Below, one piece after another: positions 38,934-48,127 of a DNA stretch of 64,000 nt. Below the pieces are notes generated by a model that made no database searches, was not told the DNA's origin, and saw nothing but the letters and a program-made list of their open reading frames with translations. The DNA is taken from assembly GCA_965204755.1 (NCBI GenBank), contig OZ242011.1, positions 1,664,001 to 1,728,000 on the forward strand, given 5' to 3'. This DNA is from Candidatus Marinacidobacterium sp. (GTDB lineage: Bacteria > Acidobacteriota > Vicinamibacteria > Marinacidobacterales > Marinacidobacteraceae). The position numbers and the translations under genes are program-made. Each line of letters begins with the position of its first letter. The stretch's first letter is position 1.

Positions 38934-40118
38934 TCAGTCCACGCCGAGCAGCGCGATCCGCTTCAGGTATTCGTCGAACATGGGGACGGTGAAAGCGGTC
39001 TTGCCGTACTCCGGCCCGTAGATCATCCCCTTGCGGATCAGGTTGGCGCGAGTCGGCCCCACCGAAGTCACCTTCCGGTCGAGAGCGCCCGCGATGTCCC
39101 CGGAGCCGTGCGGCCCCGGGCCCAACTCCGCCATCGCCCGGAGATAGCGCTTCTCCGCGGTGGTGACGCGTTCGAATCTCATGCGGAAGAAACCGGCGTC
39201 CAGCGACGCCCGCGCCTGCTCGGTGGCGACGCGCACATCGGCGACGGTGATCGGGCTCTCGGACGCGGCGTCCCAGGCGCGCTTGCCCCATTCCTGGAGG
39301 AAGTAGGGATAGCCCGCGGTCTGCCGAACGATCTCCCGCACCGCTGCCGTTTCGTAGCGGACCTCGTGCCGCTTCGCCGGCGCCCGAAGCGCGAGCCCCG
39401 CCGCGCGGGCATCGAGCGCGCCGACTTCCCGGAAAACGAGGAGTCGCTCCGAATAGGACTTGGCCTTTCCGGCGCGGCCGATGATCTGGGGCAGGCCCGC
39501 TCCCACGAGCACCACCGGCAGGCCGCGTTGGGACACCCGGTGGAGCGCCTGGAGGAGCGCGGCGAGTTCGGCGCGGGGGACATAGTGGAGTTCGTCCCAG
39601 AGGAGAGCGAGCGCGCTGTCGCGGGCGCGCGCAGCCTGCCCCACCGTCTGCAGCAAGTCCCCGAGGTCGAGGGAAAGGTCCCCGCTGTCGGCGAGCCCGG
39701 CTTCGGGCGTCGTTTCCAGTCCGAATTCCACTCCCTCGAAACGAACTTTCATCGCGCCGACGAACCCGCGGAGCGCCTGCCAGGCCCGAGTCGCCGTGGC
39801 TTCGGCTTTCGCCCGGACGCTCATGCGGAGCAGCACCGCCTTGAGCGAAGGGGCGAGCAGGGACGGAAGGGGTTGCCGTTCGGAAGCCTCCAGGGCGACC
39901 GTGAAAATCCCCGTCGCCTCCGCCCGTTGCTCGATGTGGTTCAGCAGCACCGTCTTGCCGACTCCCCGGAGCCCGACCAGGACCAGACCGTTCGCGGCCA
40001 GCCCGGCGCGGGCCCGGTCGAGAGCCACCCGGACCTCCCGGAGCAGCGGCTCGCGCCCGGCCAGTTCCGGCGGCGGCGTCCCGGCGCCGGGGGCGTAGGG
40101 GTTGACGCCGGAATTCAC
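38934..40118 (-). CDS. Stand-alone AAA ATPase with probable C-terminal winged helix
   Basis: NPYAPGAGTPPPELAGRE, GLRGVGKT, WDELH, GYPYFLQ, RANLIRKGMIY...FTVPMF. Confidence 0.88.
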   Translation of the reverse strand: MNSGVNPYAPGAGTPPPELAGREPLLREVRVALDRARAGLAANGLVLVGLRGVGKTVLLNHIEQRAEATGIFTVALEASERQPLPSLLAPSLKAVLLRMSVRAKAEATATRAWQALRGFVGAMKVRFEGVEFGLETTPEAGLADSGDLSLDLGDLLQTVGQAARARDSALALLWDELHYVPRAELAALLQALHRVSQRGLPVVLVGAGLPQIIGRAGKAKSYSERLLVFREVGALDARAAGLALRAPAKRHEVRYETAAVREIVRQTAGYPYFLQEWGKRAWDAASESPITVADVRVATEQARASLDAGFFRMRFERVTTAEKRYLRAMAELGPGPHGSGDIAGALDRKVTSVGPTRANLIRKGMIYGPEYGKTAFTVPMFDEYLKRIALLGVD

Positions 40119-40126
40119 GGTTGGAT

Positions 40127-40727
40127 CGAGTTTACCCCGGTTTATCGAAAACCGATAAACCCGCCTAAACTCGCTATAACTTCTCCGGGAGGGGGCGGCC
40201 CCGGTTCGGCGCGGCGGGGTCTCGCCGGGGCTGGGGCGCTCCCGCCCCTTCCCCGCGGGAGCCTCCGTCGGCCGGGAGATGGCTCCGGTTATACGAGGTT
40301 TACCCCGGTTTATCGAAAACCGATAAACCCACCTAAACTTGCTATAACTTCTCCGGGGAGGGCGGTCCCCGGTTCAACGCGGCGGAGTCTCGCCAGGAGT
40401 TGGGCGGCGGTCGCGCTCCCCGCCCGGGTCTCCGTCGGTCGAGGCTGGCCGCGCTCCGTCGGCGGGAAGGTCGCTCCGGTTATACGAGGTTTACCCCGGT
40501 TTATCGAAAACCGATAAACCCGCCTAAACTTGCTATAACTTCTCCGGGAGGGGCGGCCCCCGGTTCGGCGCGGCGGAGTCTCGCCGGGGGTTGGGCGGCG
40601 GTCGCGCTCCCTTCCCGCCGGGGCCTCCGTCGGTCGAGGCTGGCCGCGCTCCGTCGGCGGGAAGGTCGCTCCGGTCATACGAGGTTTACCCCGGTTTATC
40701 GAAAACCGATAAACCCGCCTGAACTCG
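40127..40727. repeat. Four-copy tandem array of ~170-195 bp units, each with a symmetric 41-bp palindromic core
   Basis: Core GTTTACCCCGGTTTATCGAAAACCGATAAACCCGCCTAAAC at 40130, 40298, 40489 and 40684 (copies 2 and 4 have one mismatch each); intervening 127/150/154 nt resemble each other. Confidence 0.95.
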
Positions 40728-40932
40728 ATACGACTCGACTTCGGCGCGGCGTTCTCGGGGCGCCCCGCAACGGTTTCGCCGGGCGGGGCGGGAACCGACC
40801 CGGCTGCCGGGCCGGCCCGGGATGGGGTTCGGCGTTCGGGCTCGAACGAACGGGGAGCGCGTATCCTCCCGCCCGTTTCCCCGCTGCCCGGTCCTGCGCG
40901 AGAGCCGCGGCCCCCCACCCACGCCTGCCACC

Positions 40933-42138
40933 ATGCCGAAACGCATCGCCCTCGCTTATTCCGGGGGGCTCGACACCTCCTGCGCCATCCCCTGGTTGCG
41001 GGAGCGCTACGACGCCGAAGTCCTCGCGGTCATCGCCGATGTGGGGCAGGACGAGGACCTCGCCGCCGCCTCCGACAAGGCCCTCGCCTCCGGCGCGGCC
41101 GCGGTCTTCGTCGAGGACCTGCGCGAGGAGTTCGTCCGCGACTACTGCTTCCCGGCCGTCCGCGCCGGGGCGGTGTACGAGGGCCGCTACCTCCTCGGCA
41201 CCTCGCTCGCCCGCCCGGTCATCGCCAAGCGGCAGGTGGAGATCGCCCGCCGGGAAGGCGCCCGGGCGCTGGCGCACGGCTGCACCGGCAAGGGCAACGA
41301 CCAGGTGCGGTTCGAACTCGCCTTCCACGCCCTGGCGCCCGACCTCGAGGTCATCGCGCCCTGGCGGGTCTGGGACATCCGCTCCCGCGAGGACGCCCTG
41401 GCTTACGCCGCCGAGAAAGGCGTCCCGGTGGAACAGACCGCCGCCGACCTCTACAGCCGGGACCGCAACCTCTTCCACCTGAGCCACGAGGGCGAAGACC
41501 TCGAGGACCCCTGGAACGCGCCGCCGGCGAGCCTCTTCCGCATCACCGCCGACCCGGAGGCGGCCCCCGCGGAGCCCGACGCCGTGGAAGTCGGCTTCGA
41601 GGCCGGCCTCCCGGTGTCCGTGGACGGCCAGCCGCTCGGCCCCGTCGCCCTGCTCACCCGCCTGAACGAGGCCGGCGCCCGCCACGGCGTCGGCCGGGTG
41701 GACATCGTGGAGAACCGCCTGGTCGGCATGAAGTCGCGCGGCGTGTACGAGACCCCCGGCGGGACGATCCTCCACGAAGCCCGCGCCGCGCTCGCCGGCC
41801 TCTGCCTCGACCGCGCCACCGACCACTTCGCCGCCGCCGCCGCCCTCCGCTACGCCGAACTGGCGTACGACGGCAAGTGGTTCTCCGCGCTCCGGGAGGC
41901 GCTCGACGCCTTCTTCGCCGAGGCGCACCGGAACACCACCGGCAGCGTCCGCGTCCGCCTGTTCCGGGGGACGGCCGCCGCCGTCGGGCGCCGGAGCCCG
42001 AAGAGCCTCTACCGGGAGGACTTCGCCACCTTCGGCGCCGACGAGGTGTACCGGCAGGCCGACGCCGAGGGCTTCATCCGCCTGTTCGGGCTCCCGGAGC
42101 GGATCCGCCGCCTCTCCGGCGCCGACGCCGACTCCTGA
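40933..42138 (+). CDS. argG: Argininosuccinate synthase
   Basis: LAYSGGLDTS, HGCTGKGNDQVRFE, ENRLVGMKSRGVYETPG. Confidence 0.97.
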   Translation: MPKRIALAYSGGLDTSCAIPWLRERYDAEVLAVIADVGQDEDLAAASDKALASGAAAVFVEDLREEFVRDYCFPAVRAGAVYEGRYLLGTSLARPVIAKRQVEIARREGARALAHGCTGKGNDQVRFELAFHALAPDLEVIAPWRVWDIRSREDALAYAAEKGVPVEQTAADLYSRDRNLFHLSHEGEDLEDPWNAPPASLFRITADPEAAPAEPDAVEVGFEAGLPVSVDGQPLGPVALLTRLNEAGARHGVGRVDIVENRLVGMKSRGVYETPGGTILHEARAALAGLCLDRATDHFAAAAALRYAELAYDGKWFSALREALDAFFAEAHRNTTGSVRVRLFRGTAAAVGRRSPKSLYREDFATFGADEVYRQADAEGFIRLFGLPERIRRLSGADADS

Positions 42139-42164
42139 CCGACCCCGAACCCCCGGCGGCGCCC

Positions 42165-43529
42165 ATGAAACTCTGGGGCGGGCGGTTCTCCGCGCCGCCG
42201 GCGGACGCGCTCGACCGGCTGGGGAAGTCCATCTCCTTCGACCGCCGCCTCCACGCCGAGGAGGTCCGGGTGAACCGCGCCTACGCCCGGGCGCTGGCCG
42301 GCGCCGGCGTGCTGACCCCCGACGAACTGGAGCGGATGCTGGCCGGGCTCGAACGGGTGGGCGCGGTTCTCGCCGCCGACCCGCCGCCTCCGCTCGACGA
42401 CGAGGACATCCACACCGCGGTGGAGCGGCTGCTCCACGCCGAAATCGGGGACCTGGCGCGGAAACTCCCCACCGGCCGCAGCCGCAACGACCTCTCCCAG
42501 ACCGCGTTCCGGCTCTGGCTGGGCGACGCCGTCGCGCAGTTGACGAACGCGCTCGACCCCCTCCGCGCCGCGCTCCTCGACCGCGCCGAGGAATCGGCGG
42601 AGTCCGTCGTCCCCGGCTACACCCACCTGCAGCGGGCCCAGCCGGTCGTCTTCGGCCACCTGCTGCTCTCCCACTTCTGGCCGCTCACCCGCGACCGCGC
42701 CCGCCTCGCCGCCGCCGCCGGGCGCGCCGCCGCCTCCCCGATGGGCGCCGGGGCGCTCGCCGGGAACCCCTACCCGGTGGACCGCTCCGCCATCGCCGCC
42801 GAACTCGGGTTCCCGGAGGTGCTGGAGAACAGCGTGGACGCCGTCGGGACGCGCGACTACGCGATGGAATTCCTCGCCGCCGGGGCGATCCTGGGCGTGC
42901 ACCTCTCCCGGCTGGCCGAGGATGTAGTCCTCTGGTCGTCCGCCGAGTTCGGCTTCGTCCGGCTCGACGACGCCTTCTCCACCGGCTCGAGCCTGATGCC
43001 GCAAAAGCGCAACCCGGACGGCTTCGAGTTGATCCGGGGCAAGACCGGGCGGCTGACCGGGAACCTGGTGGCGCTCCTGACCACGGGCAAGGGCCTCGCC
43101 TCCGGCTACCAGCGCGACCTGCAAGAAGACAAGGAACCCTGCTTCGACACCCTCGACACCCTGTTGACGGCGCTCCCGGTGGCCGCCGGAACGGTCGCGA
43201 CGATGCGGCTGGACGAAGGCCGGATGGCGGCGGCGCTCTCGTGGGACCTGCTCGCCACCGACCTCGCGGAGTACCTGGTCGAGCGGGGCCTCCCGTTCCG
43301 GGACGCCCACGAGGCGGCCGGGGAGGTCTTCGCCCACTGCGAGCGCGAGTCCGTCCCGCCTCCGTCCCTCGATCTCGAAACCCTGCGCCGGTTCTCCCCG
43401 GTCTTCGACGAGGGCGCGAGCGAGGTCTGGGACTACCGCCGCTCGGCGGAGCGCCGCGCGGTCCGGGGGGGCGCCGCGCCGGCCGCCGTGCGCGAACAGA
43501 TCACCGCCGCCCGCCGAACCTTGGACTGA
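42165..43529 (+). CDS. argH: Argininosuccinate lyase
   Basis: MKLWGGRF, TGRSRND, PGYTHLQRAQP, GSSLMPQKRNPD. Confidence 0.97.
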   Translation: MKLWGGRFSAPPADALDRLGKSISFDRRLHAEEVRVNRAYARALAGAGVLTPDELERMLAGLERVGAVLAADPPPPLDDEDIHTAVERLLHAEIGDLARKLPTGRSRNDLSQTAFRLWLGDAVAQLTNALDPLRAALLDRAEESAESVVPGYTHLQRAQPVVFGHLLLSHFWPLTRDRARLAAAAGRAAASPMGAGALAGNPYPVDRSAIAAELGFPEVLENSVDAVGTRDYAMEFLAAGAILGVHLSRLAEDVVLWSSAEFGFVRLDDAFSTGSSLMPQKRNPDGFELIRGKTGRLTGNLVALLTTGKGLASGYQRDLQEDKEPCFDTLDTLLTALPVAAGTVATMRLDEGRMAAALSWDLLATDLAEYLVERGLPFRDAHEAAGEVFAHCERESVPPPSLDLETLRRFSPVFDEGASEVWDYRRSAERRAVRGGAAPAAVREQITAARRTLD

Positions 43530-43663
43530 ACGGGGACTGAACCGGGGACTGGGCGGGGGACCGAGCGGGCCGCGCGCCCCCCGCTCCGCAGTCGGGGCGC
43601 AGAACGCGGGACCGCCGGGCCCGAAGGCCGGGGCGGAACCGGGTACCCTCTCCACCGAAAGCC

Positions 43664-43948
43664 ATGAGCAGCGGAACCCGGCGCCGGCGCCACGCGGCCG
43701 CCGCCGCCCTGCTGGCGCTCGTCACCGCCGCGGCGCCCGCGGCCGAGGTCCTCCACGACCATTCGCCTGGTGCGGGCGCCGAGTGTCCGGTGTGCGAGGG
43801 ATCGCCGACGCCGGACGGCGTCCGGTGCGACGGAGCGGCGCTCCCGGCCGAACGGGACGCCGCGGGGCCCGGTCTCGCCGAGTCCGACGCGGGGACCGGG
43901 CCGCCGGCCCTCCCGCGCTCGCATGGCGCCCGCGCGCCGCCGGCCTGA
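43664..43948 (+). CDS. DUF2946-like small exported peptide with CxxC and C-terminal RAPP (putative ribosome-arrest leader)
   Basis: Signal-like RRRRHAAAAALLAL; HDH...CPVC; ends PRSHGARAPPA-stop. Confidence 0.7.
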   Translation: MSSGTRRRRHAAAAALLALVTAAAPAAEVLHDHSPGAGAECPVCEGSPTPDGVRCDGAALPAERDAAGPGLAESDAGTGPPALPRSHGARAPPA

Positions 43949-44013
43949 CCGGCCGACGATTCCCCGACCCGGAACCGGCCGGCTCCCCTCGTCGGCGAGC
44001 CTTTGGACGGTCG

Positions 44014-44042
44014 TTCCTCCCCTGCCCCCATGCGAGGAGGAA
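44014..44042 (+). promoter_or_regulatory. Shine-Dalgarno-sequestering hairpin
   Basis: TTCCTCC (44014-44020) is complementary to GGAGGAA (44036-44042), the SD of ATG 44047. Confidence 0.5.
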
Positions 44043-44046
44043 TCCC

Positions 44047-44508
44047 ATGCGGCAGCATCCCCATACCCCCATTACTCCGATCGCCGGCCTTCGCGCCGGC
44101 CCCGACCCCGCCGCGCCCGACCGGGCGGCCGCCTTCTCGCCCGGAGCGTCCGCCGAGACGCCGGCAGAGCGGGCGCGCGTCGTCGACGCCGTCGTTGCGG
44201 CGTGCTGCGCTTGCGCGGTCGAGGCCGTCCGCAGGATCAAGATGACCCTGGGCGCCGCTCGCATGGCCTCGGTCGCGGCGTGCTGCGCCTGCGCGTGCTG
44301 CGCGACCTCGAAGAAGCCGGAACCGCCGCAGCCCGGCGCCGGCCCGTGCGAGCGGGCGGCGTACGCCTACGAGACCGCGACGGAGGCGATCGCCGTGGCG
44401 CACCGGAGCGGCGCGGACTCGGTGCAGATGTCGCGTCTGAACGCAGAGCGGGAGGAGGTCGAGGAGCGGCGCGACAAGGTCTGCGGCGTGACGCGGGTGG
44501 CCGGATGA
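44047..44508 (+). CDS. Cys-rich hypothetical protein, possibly a lipoprotein
   Basis: Strong GAGGAGG RBS; VAACCAC and VAACCACACC motifs; ATGA coupling to the next gene. Confidence 0.55.
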   Translation: MRQHPHTPITPIAGLRAGPDPAAPDRAAAFSPGASAETPAERARVVDAVVAACCACAVEAVRRIKMTLGAARMASVAACCACACCATSKKPEPPQPGAGPCERAAYAYETATEAIAVAHRSGADSVQMSRLNAEREEVEERRDKVCGVTRVAG

Positions 44509-45313
44509 CGGCGGCCGGCGGACGGGGACGACGGTCGTCCGTTCGCCGGCGCTCCGCGCGATGCGCCCTCGCGCTCGCTTGCCTGTTCCCCGCCGGACGC
44601 GCGGCGGGGCAGGAGGCGTTCCGGATCGCCGGCATCACCGCGGCGCCCGGCAGCGCCGCTTCCGGGCATCTCGAAGTCGCCCCCGCCGGGGGCGACGCCG
44701 GAACCTCCATTCCCCTGACCGTCGTGCACGGCGCGCGTCCGGGGCCGGTTCTGACGCCGGTCGCCGGAATCCACGGCTCCGAGTACGCGCCCATCCTCGC
44801 CCTGCAGCGCCTTCGCCCGCTGCTCGACCCCGGGGAACAGGCCGGGACCGTGGCGCCGGCCCACATCGCCAACCTGCCGGCGTTCCCGGGACGGACGATC
44901 TACTTCGGGCCGGACGACCGCGTGAACCTGAACCGGTCGTTCCCGGGAAAGCCGGACGGCTCGCTCACCGAGCGGGTCGCCCAGGTCCTCACCGAGGAGG
45001 TCATCAGCCGCTCCGACTACCTGCCGGACATCCACTCCGGCGACGGGAACGAAGGGCTCCGACCTTCCTGCACCGGCTACTACGCCGAAGCCGGCGGCCC
45101 CGTAGTGATCGAGGAGTCGCGGCGGATGGCGCCGGCGTTCGGTCTCGACACCATCGTCCGATTCCGGGGCGGCCTGGATGCCGAGAGCGCCATCCGGTGC
45201 GGGGCCGCCGCGGTCGCCCGGGGGCGCCGGCCGACGGCCTGATGCTCATCCTGCTCGGAACCCCGCCGGTGAACCGCGGCGAAACCATCGCCGTGATCGC
45301 CAGGATCGAATGA
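44505..45313 (+). pseudogene. Succinylglutamate desuccinylase/aspartoacylase (M14) family, internally deleted
   Basis: AGIHGSE, NLNRSFPG and DIHSGD present; frame ends at 45242; C-terminal remnant LILLGTPPVNRGET in another frame. Confidence 0.75.
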
Positions 45314-45323
45314 CCCGGAACCC

Positions 45324-46460
45324 TTGAGCCCGAAACGCGTCGCCGGCATAGACGCCCTGCGGGGGCTCGTCATGCTGCTGATGCTGGTGGATCATGTGCG
45401 GGAGACGGTGTACCTGCACATGCAGGTCGCGGATCCGGTGGATCCCGCCGCGGTGACGCCGGGATTGTTCTTCACCCGCTCGCTGAGCCACATCTGCGCC
45501 CCGGTCTTCATCGCCCTCACCGGGCTCGGCGCGTACCTCCACCGGCAGACGCACACCCGGCGGGAGACGACGCGGTTCCTGCTGGCGCGCGGCGCTTTCC
45601 TGATCGCGCTCGAACTCACCGTCGTCGGCTTCGCCTGGACCGCGGAGTTCCCGCCGTCCCGGCTCTTCCTCCAGGTGATCTGGTGCATCGGCATCTGCAT
45701 GATCGCGCTGGCCGGGATGCTGTTCGTGGGCCGCCGCATCCAAGTCGCAGTGGGCGCGGCCCTCGTCGCCGGGCACAACTTGCTGGACGGCATCGTCCTG
45801 CCCGAAACCTCCCCGTTCTTCGTCCCCTGGGCCATCCTGCACCAGCGCGACCTCATCGAACTCGGCGCCGGCGTCACCGCGCGGACGAGTTACCCGGTGC
45901 TGCCGTGGATCGGCGTCATCGTCCTCGGCTACGCGCTCGGCCCGTGGTTCAGCCGGATCCGCGCGGAGGGAACCACGGTCCGCCGCCTGGCGACCCTGGG
46001 CGCCGGTCTGCTCGCCGCCTTCGCCGCCCTCCGCTGGCTGAATGTCTATGGGGACGCGCCCCGGTTCGTCGCGGACGACGCGGTCACGACGGTGATGAGT
46101 TTCCTGTCGCTGACGAAGTACCCGCCGTCGCTCCTGTTCCTCCTGAGCACGCTGGGGGCGGGCGCCGTCCTGCTGGCGCTCTTCGAGGCCATGGAGCGCG
46201 CGTGGCTCACCCGGGCGATCGCGATCTTCGGCGCCGCCCCGATGTTCTTCTACATCTTCCACCTCTATGTCCTGAAGGCCGCCTACCTGGTGGCGCTCTC
46301 GATCTACGGGCCGAACCGGGGGGAGTACTTCGGCGTGGACCGCCTCGGCTCGATGTGGCTCTGGAGCCTCGCGCTGGTCCTGCCCCTCTACTTCCCGACC
46401 CGGTGGTTCGCCCGCTGGAAGCGCCGGCGCCGCGACCTCCCCTGGCTCCGCTACTTCTGA
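45324..46460 (+). CDS. DUF1624 / HGSNAT-like membrane acyltransferase-family protein
   Basis: IDALRGLVMLLMLVDHVRE, SHICAPVF, KYPPSL; polytopic. Confidence 0.85.
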   Translation: MSPKRVAGIDALRGLVMLLMLVDHVRETVYLHMQVADPVDPAAVTPGLFFTRSLSHICAPVFIALTGLGAYLHRQTHTRRETTRFLLARGAFLIALELTVVGFAWTAEFPPSRLFLQVIWCIGICMIALAGMLFVGRRIQVAVGAALVAGHNLLDGIVLPETSPFFVPWAILHQRDLIELGAGVTARTSYPVLPWIGVIVLGYALGPWFSRIRAEGTTVRRLATLGAGLLAAFAALRWLNVYGDAPRFVADDAVTTVMSFLSLTKYPPSLLFLLSTLGAGAVLLALFEAMERAWLTRAIAIFGAAPMFFYIFHLYVLKAAYLVALSIYGPNRGEYFGVDRLGSMWLWSLALVLPLYFPTRWFARWKRRRRDLPWLRYF

Positions 46461-46513
46461 CCTCCGCCCGCCACGCGGAGGCGTAGAAACCGGTCGAGGT
46501 CCGGGTCTCCCGT

Positions 46514-47896
46514 TCAGCGCCCCCGCTCGAGCGCGGCGAGCGCGGCCCCGAGGCGGCGCTCGGCGGCGGGGTCCCCGGCGAACCGGTCGAGCGCCCGGCG
46601 GAGGACCCGCCCCGCGTCCCGGACGCTCCCGATCTCGCGCCAGACGCGGGCGAGCAGCACATGCCGGTCCGCCTCGTCCGGGAACTCGATGAGGAACCGC
46701 TGCGCCCCCCGCAGCGCGAGCCCGTGGTCCCCGATCCGCAGCGCGTGGACGACGAACGCGGACACCGCGCGGAAGTCCCCGGGCCGGAACTCCGCCTCGC
46801 CGAGCAACTCCGACGACCGGTCGCTCTCCGCCTTCCGCCGCTCGAACTCCGCGAACAGGCCCTCCGCCTCCTCGCGCCGCCCCTGTCGCCGGAGCAGTCG
46901 CGCCATCTCCAGCCGGGCTTCGTTCCGGCCCGGATCGTCCGCGAGCGCCCGGCGGAACAGGGCCTCGGCGGTCTCGTTCTCCCCGATCTCCAGCCGGGCG
47001 CGCCCCAAGGCCAGCCGCGCCTCCGCATCGCCGGGCGCGGCGGCCACGGCGGCTTCCAGGTACGGGAGCGCCTCTTCCGCCCGCCCCCCGCGCACCAGGA
47101 TCCGGCCCAACAGCCTACCGGCCGGCCCGCCCTCCGTCGTCCCCTCGGCGAGCCGCCGGAGATCCCCGACGGCTTCTCGGCCCCGTCCGACGCTGTCCAG
47201 CAACTCCGCGCGAACCAAGATCGCCGCCGGGTCCGGTTCGTTCCCGCGCAACAACTCTTCGACGGTCGCGAAGGCCTCCTCGGTACGCCCGAGACGAGCG
47301 AGCACCACCGCCCGACCCCGGATCGCGGCGGCGCGCCGCGGATGGCCCTCGAACCGGGCCAAGGCTCGTTCGTGGCAATGGAGTTCGGCCAACATCCGCC
47401 CCGCCTCGATGTCCGGCTCCGGCCCGGCGGGCGGCGTCGGCGACCGTGCGGCGCGATCGAACGCGTCGAGCGCGTCGAGCGGCCGGAGCGCGCGTCGGAG
47501 CAGCACCCCGGCGGCCGTCCACCCCTCCGGGCCGAGTTCCCCCGCCGCAGCCGCTACGGCGTCCACGAGTTCCGGCGTCATCGGCGCCCGGCGGGCGAGG
47601 TCCCAGAGCCGCGCCCGCGCCTCGTCGGAATGCTGATCGGCGGCGAAGGCCCGCCGCAGCGATTCGACTCCATCGTCTTCCGCCACCTGCCGCGGTTCAA
47701 CCGCCCCGACCACCGATTTCGCCGGGTCCGCGGGAGCCGCGCCCACGCCGAGCGCGATCGCCGCAAGCAGCGGGAAGCCTGCGAAACGCGCCGTGGGGCG
47801 GCTGGGCGCCGGGTCGTTACGGTCTGTTGGAACGCCGGCTCGGAGGGTCGGAATTCCGAACCGTCGTCCGCTGAAGCGGCCGCCCGCTCTCCACAT
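46514..47896 (-). CDS. Tetratricopeptide-repeat protein, probably exported; start uncertain
   Basis: C-terminal part of ORF 46514..50131; hydrophobic FPLLAAIALG then repeated A..LG..L...G...EA...F..AL..P helices. Confidence 0.75.
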   Translation of the reverse strand: MWRAGGRFSGRRFGIPTLRAGVPTDRNDPAPSRPTARFAGFPLLAAIALGVGAAPADPAKSVVGAVEPRQVAEDDGVESLRRAFAADQHSDEARARLWDLARRAPMTPELVDAVAAAAGELGPEGWTAAGVLLRRALRPLDALDAFDRAARSPTPPAGPEPDIEAGRMLAELHCHERALARFEGHPRRAAAIRGRAVVLARLGRTEEAFATVEELLRGNEPDPAAILVRAELLDSVGRGREAVGDLRRLAEGTTEGGPAGRLLGRILVRGGRAEEALPYLEAAVAAAPGDAEARLALGRARLEIGENETAEALFRRALADDPGRNEARLEMARLLRRQGRREEAEGLFAEFERRKAESDRSSELLGEAEFRPGDFRAVSAFVVHALRIGDHGLALRGAQRFLIEFPDEADRHVLLARVWREIGSVRDAGRVLRRALDRFAGDPAAERRLGAALAALERGR

Positions 47897-48127
47897 AACT
47901 CGTTGAAATATAATCGCTTCCCGCCAAGAGAATCGGAGACGCCGCGGGGGAATACGCGTTGCGTGATACCCTTTCCGGCTCTTGCTTTCGACCGTTCTCA
48001 AGACGACGCCCCCTCCCGCTGCGCCCGCGCCGGGAGGCTTGCGATCCGGCCTGCGTCGTCGCTCCGGCCCGGCTGTCGAGGCCCGGCCGGAGGCGGTCAT
48101 CCAGCCCGCCTCGTAAGGAGGTTCTCC

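Noticed and set aside
40130-40724. CRISPR array interpretation of the GTTT...AAAC palindromic repeats
   Set aside because: Spacers are 127-154 nt and homologous to one another, and there are no cas genes in the window
40120-40920. ORFs carrying the repeated peptide YTRFTPVYRKPINPPKLAITSPG
   Set aside because: The frame changes between units and the ORFs overlap real genes; a by-product of the DNA repeat
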